DNA from: an uncultured Rubrivivax sp.
Lineage (GTDB): Bacteria > Pseudomonadota > Gammaproteobacteria > Burkholderiales > Burkholderiaceae_C
Reading direction: 5' to 3'
DNA: 64,000 nt
Assembly: GCA_964371495.1 (NCBI GenBank)
Contig: CAYJOA010000004.1
Location: 2,625-66,624, forward strand
The notes below the pieces were generated by a model. That model was not told the origin of the DNA, ran no database searches, and worked only from the letters and a program-made list of their open reading frames with translations. This document shows, piece by piece, positions 41,983 to 51,873 of the stretch. A program made the translations under genes and the position numbers. Position 1 is the stretch's first letter. Every line of letters starts with the position of its first letter.

Positions 41983-42482
41983 TTGACCTGGCCGCCCTCG
42001 TGCTGACCTGCGCGCCGCTGGTGGCGCAGGACACGGCACGCGCCCTGATCCAGGTCGAAAGCGGCGGCAACCCATACGCGATTGGCGTGGTCGGCGGCGC
42101 ACTCGTGCGCCAGCCCGCCAATCTTCCCGAGGCCCTGGCCACCGTCGCAGCGCTGGAGGCCGCAGGCTGGAACTACAGCGTTGGCCTCGGCCAGATCAAC
42201 AAGCGCAACTTCGAGCGCTACGGACTCAGTCCGGCGACCGCGTTCGAGCCCTGCGCGAATCTCACGGCCATGCAGGGCATCTTGGGCGAGTGCTTCTCTC
42301 GCGCAAGCCGCCGCGCGCCGAAGCAGGCGGCTTTGCGAGACGCCTTCAGTTGCTACTACTCCGGCAACTTCCTGACCGGTCACCAACACGGCTACGTGGG
42401 CAAGGTCCTCGCAGCGTGGTCGTCAAAGCCTCTCCCGTTCGCCCCCGTCACCGCATCTGTCAACCCAGGAGCCTCGCAATGA
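41979..42482 (+). CDS. virB1: VirB1-like lytic transglycosylase
   Basis: ...ALIQVESGGNPYAIGVVGG...YSVGLGQINKRNF... is the SLT catalytic Glu motif. Confidence 0.85.
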   Translation: MIDLAALVLTCAPLVAQDTARALIQVESGGNPYAIGVVGGALVRQPANLPEALATVAALEAAGWNYSVGLGQINKRNFERYGLSPATAFEPCANLTAMQGILGECFSRASRRAPKQAALRDAFSCYYSGNFLTGHQHGYVGKVLAAWSSKPLPFAPVTASVNPGASQ

Positions 42483-42805
42483 ACCTCACCCGCCACCAAA
42501 CTTCGGTCCACCCCATCCCTTCCATCACCGGCGGCCGTGCCGTCATGGCACTCCTGGTTTTTGGCGCCGCGCTCGCTGCCTCCAACCCCGCGATGGCCCA
42601 GGCCCTGGAGCCCGTCGTGCGCGGCGCCACGATCGCACGCGACACCGTCGTGGCCATCACGCTGCTGCTGATGACGGTCGGTGTCGGCATGGCTGGCTAC
42701 AAGATCATGTTCGCCGGCGCCAGCTTCCGCGACGTGTCGAACCTGCTGTTCGGTGGGGCCATCGCCGGCGCGGCCGCCGCGATCGCTGCCGTCTTCATGG
42801 GCTGA
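42479..42805 (+). CDS. virB2: VirB2/TrbC-family pilin
   Basis: 108 aa. Long leader, two hydrophobic helices, ...GYKIMFAG.... ATG overlaps the virB1 stop. Confidence 0.75.
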   Translation: MNLTRHQTSVHPIPSITGGRAVMALLVFGAALAASNPAMAQALEPVVRGATIARDTVVAITLLLMTVGVGMAGYKIMFAGASFRDVSNLLFGGAIAGAAAAIAAVFMG

Positions 42806-42808
42806 GCC

Positions 42809-43141
42809 GTGATCGAAACCGTGTTCAAAGGGGCCACACGCCCCCCGATGAAATTCGGGGTGCCGTTGGTCCCCTTGGTGGTCCTGCTGCTGCCGGGGTT
42901 CATCTCCGGCATGTGGCTGTCCACGATGGTTAACTGGCGCTTCGCGCCGGTCATCTTCGGCTCGCTCGCGGTGGCCTATATTTGGATGCGCATCGTCACG
43001 AGCCGCGACGATCAGCGCCTCACGCAGATGGTCCTCAAACTCAAGCTGGCGGTGCGCAACCCGAACCGGGTACTGCGCAACGGGGCGCGCAGCTATGCGC
43101 CCGTGGGCTACCGAGGGGGCCGCCATGTTTGGCGTCGTTAG
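42809..43141 (+). CDS. virB3: VirB3
   Basis: 110 aa: ...FKGATRPPMKFGVPLVPLVVLLL.., typical of VirB3. Precedes virB4. Confidence 0.8.
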   Translation: MIETVFKGATRPPMKFGVPLVPLVVLLLPGFISGMWLSTMVNWRFAPVIFGSLAVAYIWMRIVTSRDDQRLTQMVLKLKLAVRNPNRVLRNGARSYAPVGYRGGRHVWRR

Positions 43142-45578
43142 CCCTGAGCGCGCCACCCCGCGCTACTGGGAGCGCGCGGGCAAGGAATCCAACGTCGGCG
43201 AGTTCGTATCGATCGGCGCACCGATCTCGCAGCACGACACCGCAACGCGGTCGGGCGACTGTCTGCGGGTCTGGCGTCTCGATGGCGTGGCCTTCGAGAG
43301 TGCCGAGTTCAACCTCGTCAAGGATCGGCATGACGCCTGGTGCAACGTGCTGCGCAACCTGCCTGCGGGCCGCACGGCCATCTATCACCACCGCATCCAT
43401 CGGCGCATCCATGACCGGCTGACCGATGCGACCGAACCGGAGTTCAGTGCAGCCTTCTCCAAGGCTTACCAGGACCGCATCAGCGTCGCGCCGATGATGT
43501 CCAACGAGCTGTACATCACTCTGCTGTACCGGCCGTTTCCGTCGGAGCTGGCCAAGCGCAGCGCCCGCAGCGCGAAGACCAAGCAAAGCCTCGCCGACCA
43601 CCAGGCCCAGACCCTGGCCACGATGGAACAGCAGGGCGCGTTCATCGAGCGCAGCCTGCGCGAGTTCGGACCGACCCTGCTCGGCTGCTACGAACAGGAT
43701 GGGAACCTGTTCTGGGAGTCGGGTGAGCTGTTCTCTTTCCTGATCAACGGTGTGTGGCGCAAGGTGCGCTTCCCCACCGGCCCCGCGTACCAGGCCTTGC
43801 CGGATGCACGCCTGACCTTCGGCGGCGGCATGCTGGAGATCCGACAGGGCGAGCGCCGGCGCTACGCCTTGATGCTGTCCATAAAGGAGTTCGCCGGCCA
43901 GGTCGAACCCGGAACACTCGGCGCGCTGCTCTATGAAGATTCCGAGTTCATCGAGACCCAGAGCTTCTCCAGCCTGCCACGCCGGCAGGCGATGGCCGCA
44001 CTGACCACGCAGCGCGACCAGCTGCTCGCGTCCGACGATGCCGTGGTCACGCAGATCGAAGCGATGGACGTGGCGCTCGACCAGCTGGGCGATGGCCAGT
44101 TCGTCATGGGCGAATACAGCTACACCCTTGCGGTGTTCGGCGACACGCTCGATGAGTGCGGCAAGCGTGCGGCCAGTGCGGTCGGCGCCCTGACAGAAAC
44201 CACCGCGATGGAGCTGGTGCCGGTGGACCTGGTGGCCGATGCCGCCTGGTTCTCGCAACAGCCGGGGAACTTTCAGTGGCGTCCGCGCAAGGCCACGATC
44301 AGCAGCCGCGCCTTCGCGGCACTGACCTGCGGACACAACTTCCTGCGCGGCAAGCGCGACGGCAACCCCTGGGGCGAAGCCCTTGCGCTGATGCGCACAC
44401 CGGCCGGCAACCCGTTCTATCTGAACCTGCATGCCAGCCCCGAGGGCGAGGACAGCGAAGGCAAGAAGCTGCCCGGCAACACCATCGTGATCGGCTCGAC
44501 CGGCTCGGGCAAGACGACGTTGCTGACCGGCCTGCTGGCCCTGACGCCGAAGTGGGCCGTCCGGCCGCGCGTGGTCAGCTTCAGCCTGGACCGCGACACC
44601 GAGATCGTGATCCGGGCGCTCGGTGGCGTGTTCTACACCTTCGACCGCAACCAGCCCACGGGCTGCAACCCGTTCCAGCGCGACGTGACGCCCGAACGGA
44701 TCGGCTTCTGGACCGAACTGGTCAAGCAGTGCATCGCGTCACCCGAGATGCCGCTGCTGCCCAACGACCACGAGGCCATCGCGCGTGCCGTTGCGACGGT
44801 CGCTGCACTCAAGCCCGAGCTTCGATGGTTCAGCACGGTGCGCCAGTCCCTGCCACGCTCCGGCGCCAACAGCCTCTATGACCGCCTGGGCAAATGGTGC
44901 CGCGGTGGCGAACTGGGTTGGGTGTTCGACATGGCTGACGACCGCCTGGGCGACCTACGCAGCCACATGGCCATCGGCTTCGACTACACGGGCGTGCTCA
45001 GCAGCCCCGACGTTCGCACGCCGATCATGATGTACCTGCTCAACGTGATGGACGAGCTGGTCAACGGCGAGCCGATGATCTATCACGTCGCGGAGTGCTG
45101 GAAGGCACTTGGCGACCCGGCTTTCGCGCCGTTCGTGAAGCACAAGCAGAAGACCATCCGCAAGATGAACGGCCTCGGGCTGTTCGACACGCAGGAGGTC
45201 GCCGACCTGCTCTCCAACGAGAACGGCCGCACGATGATCGAGCAGTCGGTCACCAAGCTCGTACTGCCGAACGCGGACGCCGACCGCGACGAGTACGTGG
45301 GCGGCCTGGGCCTGACCGATGCCGAGTTCGCCATCGTCAGGTCGCTCGGCGCCACGGGCTCGCGGCGCTTCCTGTGCAAGCAGGGCACGGACTCTGTCCA
45401 GTGCGAGTTCGATCTCGGGGGCATGAACGACTTCCTGGCCGTCCTTAGCTCGACCACGGACAACGTCGAACTTCTCGACCAGATTCGTGCTGAGTTCGGT
45501 GACGCACCGACAACCTGGCTCCCTTTGTTCTATCAGCGCGTGCGCGATCGGCGCAGCCATGCCCGGAGGGCAGCATGA
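43125..45578 (+). CDS. virB4: VirB4 ATPase
   Basis: ~817 aa. Walker A GSTGSGKTTLL. Start assumed at ATG 43125, overlapping the virB3 end. Confidence 0.92.
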   Translation: MFGVVSPERATPRYWERAGKESNVGEFVSIGAPISQHDTATRSGDCLRVWRLDGVAFESAEFNLVKDRHDAWCNVLRNLPAGRTAIYHHRIHRRIHDRLTDATEPEFSAAFSKAYQDRISVAPMMSNELYITLLYRPFPSELAKRSARSAKTKQSLADHQAQTLATMEQQGAFIERSLREFGPTLLGCYEQDGNLFWESGELFSFLINGVWRKVRFPTGPAYQALPDARLTFGGGMLEIRQGERRRYALMLSIKEFAGQVEPGTLGALLYEDSEFIETQSFSSLPRRQAMAALTTQRDQLLASDDAVVTQIEAMDVALDQLGDGQFVMGEYSYTLAVFGDTLDECGKRAASAVGALTETTAMELVPVDLVADAAWFSQQPGNFQWRPRKATISSRAFAALTCGHNFLRGKRDGNPWGEALALMRTPAGNPFYLNLHASPEGEDSEGKKLPGNTIVIGSTGSGKTTLLTGLLALTPKWAVRPRVVSFSLDRDTEIVIRALGGVFYTFDRNQPTGCNPFQRDVTPERIGFWTELVKQCIASPEMPLLPNDHEAIARAVATVAALKPELRWFSTVRQSLPRSGANSLYDRLGKWCRGGELGWVFDMADDRLGDLRSHMAIGFDYTGVLSSPDVRTPIMMYLLNVMDELVNGEPMIYHVAECWKALGDPAFAPFVKHKQKTIRKMNGLGLFDTQEVADLLSNENGRTMIEQSVTKLVLPNADADRDEYVGGLGLTDAEFAIVRSLGATGSRRFLCKQGTDSVQCEFDLGGMNDFLAVLSSTTDNVELLDQIRAEFGDAPTTWLPLFYQRVRDRRSHARRAA

Positions 45579-46009
45579 AATATCAACCCACCTCAGCCGC
45601 AATCGGACTGCTGTTCGCGCTCACGTGCGCGGCTTCTCACGCTGAGCCGGCTGGACCTGCCTTCCCGGGCAATGAGGCCGTCAGGATCGTCAACGGCAAG
45701 CGCGTGGTGGAAGCACCCCCGCTAACAGCTGCCACACAGCGCTACATCAGGGGCGGCGGAAAGTTGCCGCCCCCATCGGCGAGCGGCGAAGTCTTCATGA
45801 TCGAAGGACCGGCTGGCCTTATGGAATGTCGCAGCGTCTATCTCTCGGAGACAGGGTGCGTCCCTTCTACTCTGGGCACAACCAAACGTTCGCGGTTCTG
45901 GACGGTGAAGATCAATGGTGCATGGTCGCACTGTGAGTCACGTGCCACCTCGCCAAAGTGCGAGCCCGCAGCGGCCGGTGTCCCCGGCGGTATGGGTACG
46001 GTGGAGTAG
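45575..46009 (+). CDS. Small secreted Cys-containing protein of unknown function within the T4SS operon
   Basis: 144 aa. Signal peptide MKYQPTSAAIGLLFALTCAASHA, several Cys in the mature part. Start overlaps the virB4 stop. Could be an exclusion, VirB7-like or accessory protein. Confidence 0.55.
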   Translation: MKYQPTSAAIGLLFALTCAASHAEPAGPAFPGNEAVRIVNGKRVVEAPPLTAATQRYIRGGGKLPPPSASGEVFMIEGPAGLMECRSVYLSETGCVPSTLGTTKRSRFWTVKINGAWSHCESRATSPKCEPAAAGVPGGMGTVE

Positions 46010-46015
46010 CACGCC

Positions 46016-47074
46016 ATGTTCGCAAGGCTCGAAACATGGTTCAACGCATTCTTCCTCGGCTACGCAGCTCGCGTGTCTGGAGATCTGGCCGTTGGACTCG
46101 TTCCGATCGCGCTCTTACTCGTCACGGTCTACGTCGCGGTCTACGGCCTGGCGGTCATGCGCGGCGAAGCCACCGAACCTGTTGGAACCTTCGCATGGAA
46201 GATGGTCAAGGTCGGCGCCATCCTTTCATTCGCTTTGCCGGGCCTGTACTACAGCGGCAATGTTGCCGCAGCCGCTACAGGACTGCAGGACGGGCTCGCC
46301 ACTCTCTTCGTTGCACCTCGCGCGGTAGCCGCAGGAACGGCCTTTGGTGCGTTGGACTTGGCGAACACGGCGGCTAACGAGCAACTCGCCCTTCTCTGGA
46401 AGGACGCCGGCATGTTTCGTCTCGACCTGGTGCTGGCCAGCCTTCTGTTCTCCTTGGGCACGACGATCTTCCTTGTTTTGGGCGCCTTTGTCGCACTGCT
46501 CGGAAAGCTCATCCTGACATTTGCTCTCGCCATCGGCCCACTTGCGATCCTTTGCCTCCTCTTCAAGCCAACGGCAAGGTTCTTCGATAGCTGGCTCTCC
46601 TTCGTTCTGAGCGCAGTCGTGTTGTCCTGGTTTGTCTTCTTCGCGCTGGGCATGTCGCTGTACGTTTCCGATCGCGTTGTTGCTGCCATCGCCGATGGCA
46701 GCGCCTTCGTTGCCGGTGTGCCCGGATCTGTCGGCGCTCTGGAAGCCGCAGGCACCTATCTGGCCGTCATGTGTCTCCTGGCCATCGTTCTTTTCCAGGC
46801 GCCTTCACTGGCCTCAAGCCTGACCGGTGGCGCTTCCATCCAAAGCGGCACCCAGATGGTCACCAACACGATGGTCGCCATGCGCGCCATGAGCGGTGGT
46901 CGCTCTGGAGGCGGCGGTGCAGCAGGTGGCGGCGGAAGCATGTCCCGCGGCGGCGGTGCTGCCTATGTCGCCGGCAGAGCGGCCGGCGCCGTGGGCTCGG
47001 CAGGCGGTGCGGTGGCAGGTGGCGCTCGCGCTGCGTATCAGCGGGTCGCCCAGCGAGGCGGAGTTTCGACGTGA
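46016..47074 (+). CDS. virB6: VirB6/TrbL-family polytopic membrane protein with Gly-rich tail
   Basis: 352 aa, multiple TM segments. C-terminal SGGRSGGGGAAGGGGSMSRGGGAAY low-complexity tail. Confidence 0.8.
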   Translation: MFARLETWFNAFFLGYAARVSGDLAVGLVPIALLLVTVYVAVYGLAVMRGEATEPVGTFAWKMVKVGAILSFALPGLYYSGNVAAAATGLQDGLATLFVAPRAVAAGTAFGALDLANTAANEQLALLWKDAGMFRLDLVLASLLFSLGTTIFLVLGAFVALLGKLILTFALAIGPLAILCLLFKPTARFFDSWLSFVLSAVVLSWFVFFALGMSLYVSDRVVAAIADGSAFVAGVPGSVGALEAAGTYLAVMCLLAIVLFQAPSLASSLTGGASIQSGTQMVTNTMVAMRAMSGGRSGGGGAAGGGGSMSRGGGAAYVAGRAAGAVGSAGGAVAGGARAAYQRVAQRGGVST

Positions 47075-47124
47075 CGGGTCAGCGGTCGTTTCAACCTCAT
47101 TTGCAAACCACGGGAGTACAGGTC

Positions 47125-47841
47125 ATGAAGCGTTCAAAGGTCCGTTCTGGGCTCGCCGCCCTCGCAGCAGGCGTGATGATGATGTGCGCCAGCGCACCTG
47201 CACGCGCCGGCATCCCCGTGATCGACGTGGCCGCGATCATCCAGGCCGTTCTCGACGTGATGAACGGGATCTCGCAGATCGAGAACCAGTACCAGCAGAT
47301 CGTGGGCCTGGGGCAGCAGATCGAGTCGATCTCGAACGCCCGCTCGCTGGGCGACGTGCTGAACAACCCGGCGCTGCAGAACTACGTCCCGCGCGAAGCG
47401 AACACGATGGTTCGCAGCCTGGAGTCCGGTGGCTACGGCACGCTGGGCGGTGCCTCGAAGACGCTGCGCGACGCCCAGATGACCTACAACTGCATGGACG
47501 TCGATGACGCAGGCAAGCGCACCAACTGTCAGAGCTCGCTGGCGAAGCCGTACCAGCAGAAGGCCTTCATGGAGGACGCGCTCTCCAAGGCCAAGGACCG
47601 CGTGGCCCAGATCAATAGCCTGATGCGCCGGGCCGGCGCGACGACCGATCAGAAGGAGATCCAGGAAGTCACCGCCCGCATCGGCGCGGAGAACGCCCTC
47701 CTGCAGCACGAGGTCAGCCAGATCGAGCTGATGCGCGGCCTGGCCGAGGCGGATCAGCGCGTGGCCGACTCGCGGGCTCGCGAGGGCCAGCTGGAGCAGG
47801 CCTCCCGCAATCGTCGGCTCGCCGACTTCATTCGAGACTGA
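47125..47841 (+). CDS. virB5: VirB5/TrbJ-family minor pilus protein
   Basis: Start at ATG 47125. Signal peptide, then GIPVIDVAAIIQAVLDVMNGISQIENQYQQIVGLGQQI (the Q-rich helical pattern typical of VirB5/TrbJ). Confidence 0.7.
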   Translation: MKRSKVRSGLAALAAGVMMMCASAPARAGIPVIDVAAIIQAVLDVMNGISQIENQYQQIVGLGQQIESISNARSLGDVLNNPALQNYVPREANTMVRSLESGGYGTLGGASKTLRDAQMTYNCMDVDDAGKRTNCQSSLAKPYQQKAFMEDALSKAKDRVAQINSLMRRAGATTDQKEIQEVTARIGAENALLQHEVSQIELMRGLAEADQRVADSRAREGQLEQASRNRRLADFIRD

Positions 47842-47850
47842 GGACTGGCT

Positions 47851-48636
47851 GTGAACAACAGAGTTGAAGCCGCTGCATTGCCCGACGCAGCGCAGACTGA
47901 CCGACTGCCGCTCTCGAAGAAGGCCGTTGCAGCCATCGCAGCGTCCAACAGCTGGGAACAGGACCGAATCGCGCAGGCCATCGCCTCGGGGCGCCGTGGC
48001 TGGATCGCCGCTGGCATCGGTGGCGTCCTGGCGGTGCTCGGGTTCAGCATGGCGACCTTCCAGAGCCTGCGCCCGCCGCCGGCGCCGTATCCGGTCGTGG
48101 TGGACCGGACGACGGGGGAGACCAGCGTCGTCGCAACGCTGGACGCATCCAACGTCCCGGCGCTGGCCGCACTGGACCAGCACAACGCCGCCGTGTTCGT
48201 GCGAGCCCGTGAGTCCTACAACTTCCAGCTGCTACAGCGCGACTACGACCAGGTGGCACGCATGACGGTCCCCGACACCTGGGCGCCGTATGGCAGCCAG
48301 TTCGCTGGCGAAAAGGCCATGCAGGCAGTCATCGCAGCGAAGGAAGAGCATCGAGTGACGGTGGTCTCGGTGCGGCTGACCCGTTCCCCCGTCGCGGGCA
48401 AGTCCGGCGAGGCGGTGGTGACTTTCGACCGGCAGATTCGCCCGACACAGGGGCAGTCGCCGGTGACCACGCGGTTCGTGTCCACCGTGCGCTATGAGTA
48501 CCGACCGACGGCCATGAAGAAGCCGGCCGACCGAATCGAGAACCCTTTCGGGTTTGTCGTCACGGGCTATCGAGCCGACGCCGACCTGGTCGCACCGGCC
48601 AGACCAGCCGACACGGTCGCGGGCGGCGCATCATGA
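47851..48636 (+). CDS. virB8: VirB8
   Basis: 261 aa, N-terminal TM (GWIAAGIGGVLAVLGFSMA), periplasmic NTF2-like region ...FVRARESYNFQLLQRDYDQV... Confidence 0.8.
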   Translation: MNNRVEAAALPDAAQTDRLPLSKKAVAAIAASNSWEQDRIAQAIASGRRGWIAAGIGGVLAVLGFSMATFQSLRPPPAPYPVVVDRTTGETSVVATLDASNVPALAALDQHNAAVFVRARESYNFQLLQRDYDQVARMTVPDTWAPYGSQFAGEKAMQAVIAAKEEHRVTVVSVRLTRSPVAGKSGEAVVTFDRQIRPTQGQSPVTTRFVSTVRYEYRPTAMKKPADRIENPFGFVVTGYRADADLVAPARPADTVAGGAS

Positions 48637-49523
48637 AGCTCACCTCGAAGTTGTTCGCGCCGCTCGGCGCCCTGGGCGCGGCGCTCCTTGCGCCGGCCCT
48701 GGTGGCGCCGGCCAATGCGCAGCCGACCCAGCCTAGCCAGCGCACGGCACCGGACCCGCGTCTGCGGACCGTGCTGTTCGCCACCGACATGGTGGTGGAC
48801 GTGCCGGTGCGGCGCGGCCAGATCACCCAGATCGTGCTCGGCGACGACGAGCAGATCGTCGGCATTCCGATCAGCGGCAAGGGTTCGAACTGCAGCGACG
48901 AGACCCACACCTGGTGCATCGCCAAGCAAGGGCGCGACCTGTTCGTCAAACCGAAGTCGGGCGCGACCTCGACGAACCTCATCGTCGTCACCGACCGCCG
49001 CCGGCACGCCTTCCTGCTGCACCCCGTCGAGGGTGCAGGCCTGACGCTGATGCGTCTGACGGTTGCGGCGCCGATGGTGCCGCGACCGATCACTGTTGCC
49101 GCATCCTTAGTGTTGCCGACCGCCAGGGAGCTGATCGACGCCCGCTGGCAGACCAAGCCACTGGTCCGCAACTCCGCCTACTCAGTGGCCACGGGCAAGG
49201 ACTCCGAGGACATCGTGCCGGTCATGGTGTTCGATGACGGCACGCAAACCTACTTCAGCTTTCCGAACAACAGGCCCATCCCCACGGTCTTCCAGATCGC
49301 GCCGGACGGCAGCGAGGAAATGGTCAACGCCCGCATGGACCCCGATGACCTGCTCGTCGCCGACCGTGTCGGTCGGCGCTTCGTGCTGCGGCTCGGCGAG
49401 AGCGTCGCGGCCATCATCAACGATGCCTTCGACCTGGATGGCGTGCCGCCCAAGGACGGCACCACCGTTCCGGGTGTGGCGCGCGTCGTTAAGGCTGCGA
49501 TACCCAGCCGGCCCGCGCCATGA
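48633..49523 (+). CDS. virB9: VirB9
   Basis: Signal peptide. ...RGQITQIVLGDDEQIV...WCIAKQGRDLFVKPK...NLIVVTDRRRHAFLL is typical of VirB9/TrbG. Confidence 0.85.
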   Translation: MKLTSKLFAPLGALGAALLAPALVAPANAQPTQPSQRTAPDPRLRTVLFATDMVVDVPVRRGQITQIVLGDDEQIVGIPISGKGSNCSDETHTWCIAKQGRDLFVKPKSGATSTNLIVVTDRRRHAFLLHPVEGAGLTLMRLTVAAPMVPRPITVAASLVLPTARELIDARWQTKPLVRNSAYSVATGKDSEDIVPVMVFDDGTQTYFSFPNNRPIPTVFQIAPDGSEEMVNARMDPDDLLVADRVGRRFVLRLGESVAAIINDAFDLDGVPPKDGTTVPGVARVVKAAIPSRPAP

Positions 49524-50830
49524 ACGCCCCCGACACACTCAAGCGGCTCGAAGGCGAGCCCGAGATTCCTTCGCTGACGCCGCGAGGCGGTGCCTCCAGC
49601 CACAAGCCGATCATTGCGGCGAGTGTGCTGATCTTGTCGCTCGTCGGAGCGCTGGGCTTTGCGGCCACGCGCTACTTCGGCAAGAAGGAAGCACCGCCTG
49701 AGGCGGCCGTCGACGTGGCCTCCGCCACGGTGACGAAGCTGAAGTTTCAGGACCCGCCGGTCGTGGCGCCGGCTCCCGTGCCGGTCGCCAAAGCCATCCC
49801 CGTTGTCGATCAGACGCGTGTGCCCAGCATCGAGGCGGACGCCACCGCGCAGGCCACGGCTATCCCGGTTCGAGGCACTACGGGTGGTCGGCCGACAAAG
49901 CAGGCGGTGCCGGTCGGTGACGAATCGCCGTTCGGCCCGAGCGGTGCCGGTGGTGGATCGCTGGCTTCGCAGGCAGGCGCAGCGGCAGACCCGCCACCAG
50001 CGCCCGGAATCGCTGGCGAAGCCCAGGCCAACATGCGGCGCTACCAAAGCCAGCTAGGCAGCATGCTCGGGCAGCTGCAGGGCCTGACCGACAAGGCCGC
50101 TGGCGGTGACAAGGCCTCCGCCGCGGCACTGGCCTCGGCCATGGTCCTGCCGGGAACGAACCTGAATGCACCTCCCCAGGCCAATCCTGCGCTGTTCGGT
50201 TCGATGGAGCGATCGGCCACGCCGACCGTGGCGGCCGGCCTGCTCGGCAATCGCAGCCTGACCATGCCCAAGGGCGTGCTGTTCACCTGCAGCCTCAAGA
50301 CACGGGTGATCTCGGCCACCAGCGGCTTCGTTGCCTGCCAGGTCCAGCGCAACGTCTTCTCCGACGATGGCAAGGTGGTGCTGGCCGAACGCGGCTCGCA
50401 CCTGGACGGCGAATACCGGGTGGTACAGGTCCGGCCTGGCGTGACCCGCATCCCGGTGCTGTGGACCCGCCTGCGCACGCCGAACGGCGTGACGGTGGAC
50501 CTGGACTCCCCCGGCACCGGCGCCCTCGGCGAAAGCGGCATCGGCGGCTACGTCGACAACCGTTGGGTAGAGCGCCTCGGCGCCGCCATGCTTGTGTCGC
50601 TCATCAATGACGCGGTGAAGATCGCAGCGCTTGACGCCACCACATCGACGGGAAGCTCCACTGTGCTGCTGCCAAGCACAACGGAGACTGGCTCGAAGCT
50701 CGCCGAGAAGGTGCTCGAAGCGACGATCAACATCCCGCCGCTGCTGTACCAGAACCAGGGCAGCGTCGTGGGCGTGTACGTCGCCCGCGATGTGGACTTC
50801 TCGAAGGTCTACGCACTGGAGCCGAGGTGA
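49520..50830 (+). CDS. virB10: VirB10
   Basis: 436 aa, N-terminal TM, Pro/Ala-rich linker, conserved C-terminal barrel (...GYVDNRWVERLGAAMLVSLI...). Confidence 0.88.
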   Translation: MNAPDTLKRLEGEPEIPSLTPRGGASSHKPIIAASVLILSLVGALGFAATRYFGKKEAPPEAAVDVASATVTKLKFQDPPVVAPAPVPVAKAIPVVDQTRVPSIEADATAQATAIPVRGTTGGRPTKQAVPVGDESPFGPSGAGGGSLASQAGAAADPPPAPGIAGEAQANMRRYQSQLGSMLGQLQGLTDKAAGGDKASAAALASAMVLPGTNLNAPPQANPALFGSMERSATPTVAAGLLGNRSLTMPKGVLFTCSLKTRVISATSGFVACQVQRNVFSDDGKVVLAERGSHLDGEYRVVQVRPGVTRIPVLWTRLRTPNGVTVDLDSPGTGALGESGIGGYVDNRWVERLGAAMLVSLINDAVKIAALDATTSTGSSTVLLPSTTETGSKLAEKVLEATINIPPLLYQNQGSVVGVYVARDVDFSKVYALEPR

Positions 50831-51873
50831 GTACGACGCCCGTCCTGCGGGCGGTCCCGTCAGTCCTACGGTCGGATGCCACCGTCACCGAGTTCCTGCA
50901 GCCGATCCGCGGCATGCTCGATGACAACCGAGTCAACGAGCTGTGCGTGAATCAGCCCGGCGAGGTCTTCGTCGAGCGCGCCGGGGTCTGGCAGCGACAC
51001 GAGATCCCCGAGTTCACGTTCCGGCACTGCCAGAGCCTTGCGACCGCCATCGCAACCCTAACCGGCCAGCACACCAACGAACAGAACCCTCTGCTCAGCG
51101 CGGCGCTCTCGACGGGCGAGCGCGTGCAGATCGTCCAGCCCAGCGCCACGCCGGCCGACCAGATCGGTGTGTGCATCCGCAAGCCTTCGATGCAGGTGCG
51201 CCGGCTGGAGGACTTCGCGGCCCAGGGCCTGTTCGGTCGGGTGCGAGAGACCAGCCGCGAACTGGAGCCCTTTGAGCGCGAACTGCTGGACCTGAAAGCG
51301 CACGGCAAGTTCGTCGAGTTCTTCCGCCTGGCCGTCCAGTCGCACCAGACGATGGTGGTGGCCGGCAAGACCGGCTCGGGCAAGACCACCTTCATGAAGG
51401 GCCTGGTCGAAGAGGTCCCGGTCACCGAGCGGCTCATCACCATCGAGGACGCGGCCGAGCTGACCTTGCCGAGCCATCCGAACAAGCTGCACCTGTTCTA
51501 TTCCAAGGGCGGACAGGGCGCTAGTGCGGTGTCCGCGAAGCTGCTGCTGGAGGCGTGCCTCCGGCTGCGGCCGGACCGCATTTTTCTGGCGGAGATGCGC
51601 GGCGAGGAAGCCTTCTACTTCCTGCGCCTGGCGGCCTCGGGGCACCCGGGCAGCGTGACGAGCGTTCACGCGGGTAGCTGCGAATTGGCGTTCGAGCAGA
51701 TCTCGCTGATGGTCCGCGAGTCGGCAGGCGGTGGTGGGATGACGATGCCGGAAATCAACCGCCTCGCTCGTTCGGTCATCGATGTCGTGGTGCACTTCGG
51801 CGTAGATGCTGGTGGGCGCTTCATCAGTGGCATCCACTACGACCCGCAGGCCCGTTGGCGGGAGGCTGCATGA
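50827..51873 (+). CDS. virB11: VirB11 ATPase
   Basis: Walker A GKTGSGKTTFMKGL, ...RPDRIFLAEMRGEEA.., typical of VirB11. Confidence 0.9.
   Translation: MSTTPVLRAVPSVLRSDATVTEFLQPIRGMLDDNRVNELCVNQPGEVFVERAGVWQRHEIPEFTFRHCQSLATAIATLTGQHTNEQNPLLSAALSTGERVQIVQPSATPADQIGVCIRKPSMQVRRLEDFAAQGLFGRVRETSRELEPFERELLDLKAHGKFVEFFRLAVQSHQTMVVAGKTGSGKTTFMKGLVEEVPVTERLITIEDAAELTLPSHPNKLHLFYSKGGQGASAVSAKLLLEACLRLRPDRIFLAEMRGEEAFYFLRLAASGHPGSVTSVHAGSCELAFEQISLMVRESAGGGGMTMPEINRLARSVIDVVVHFGVDAGGRFISGIHYDPQARWREAA

Noticed and set aside
43041-44432. 463-aa minus-strand ORF opposite virB4
   Set aside because: Antisense to a gene with a Walker A motif and clear VirB4 character. Low-complexity Ala/Arg/Gly composition.
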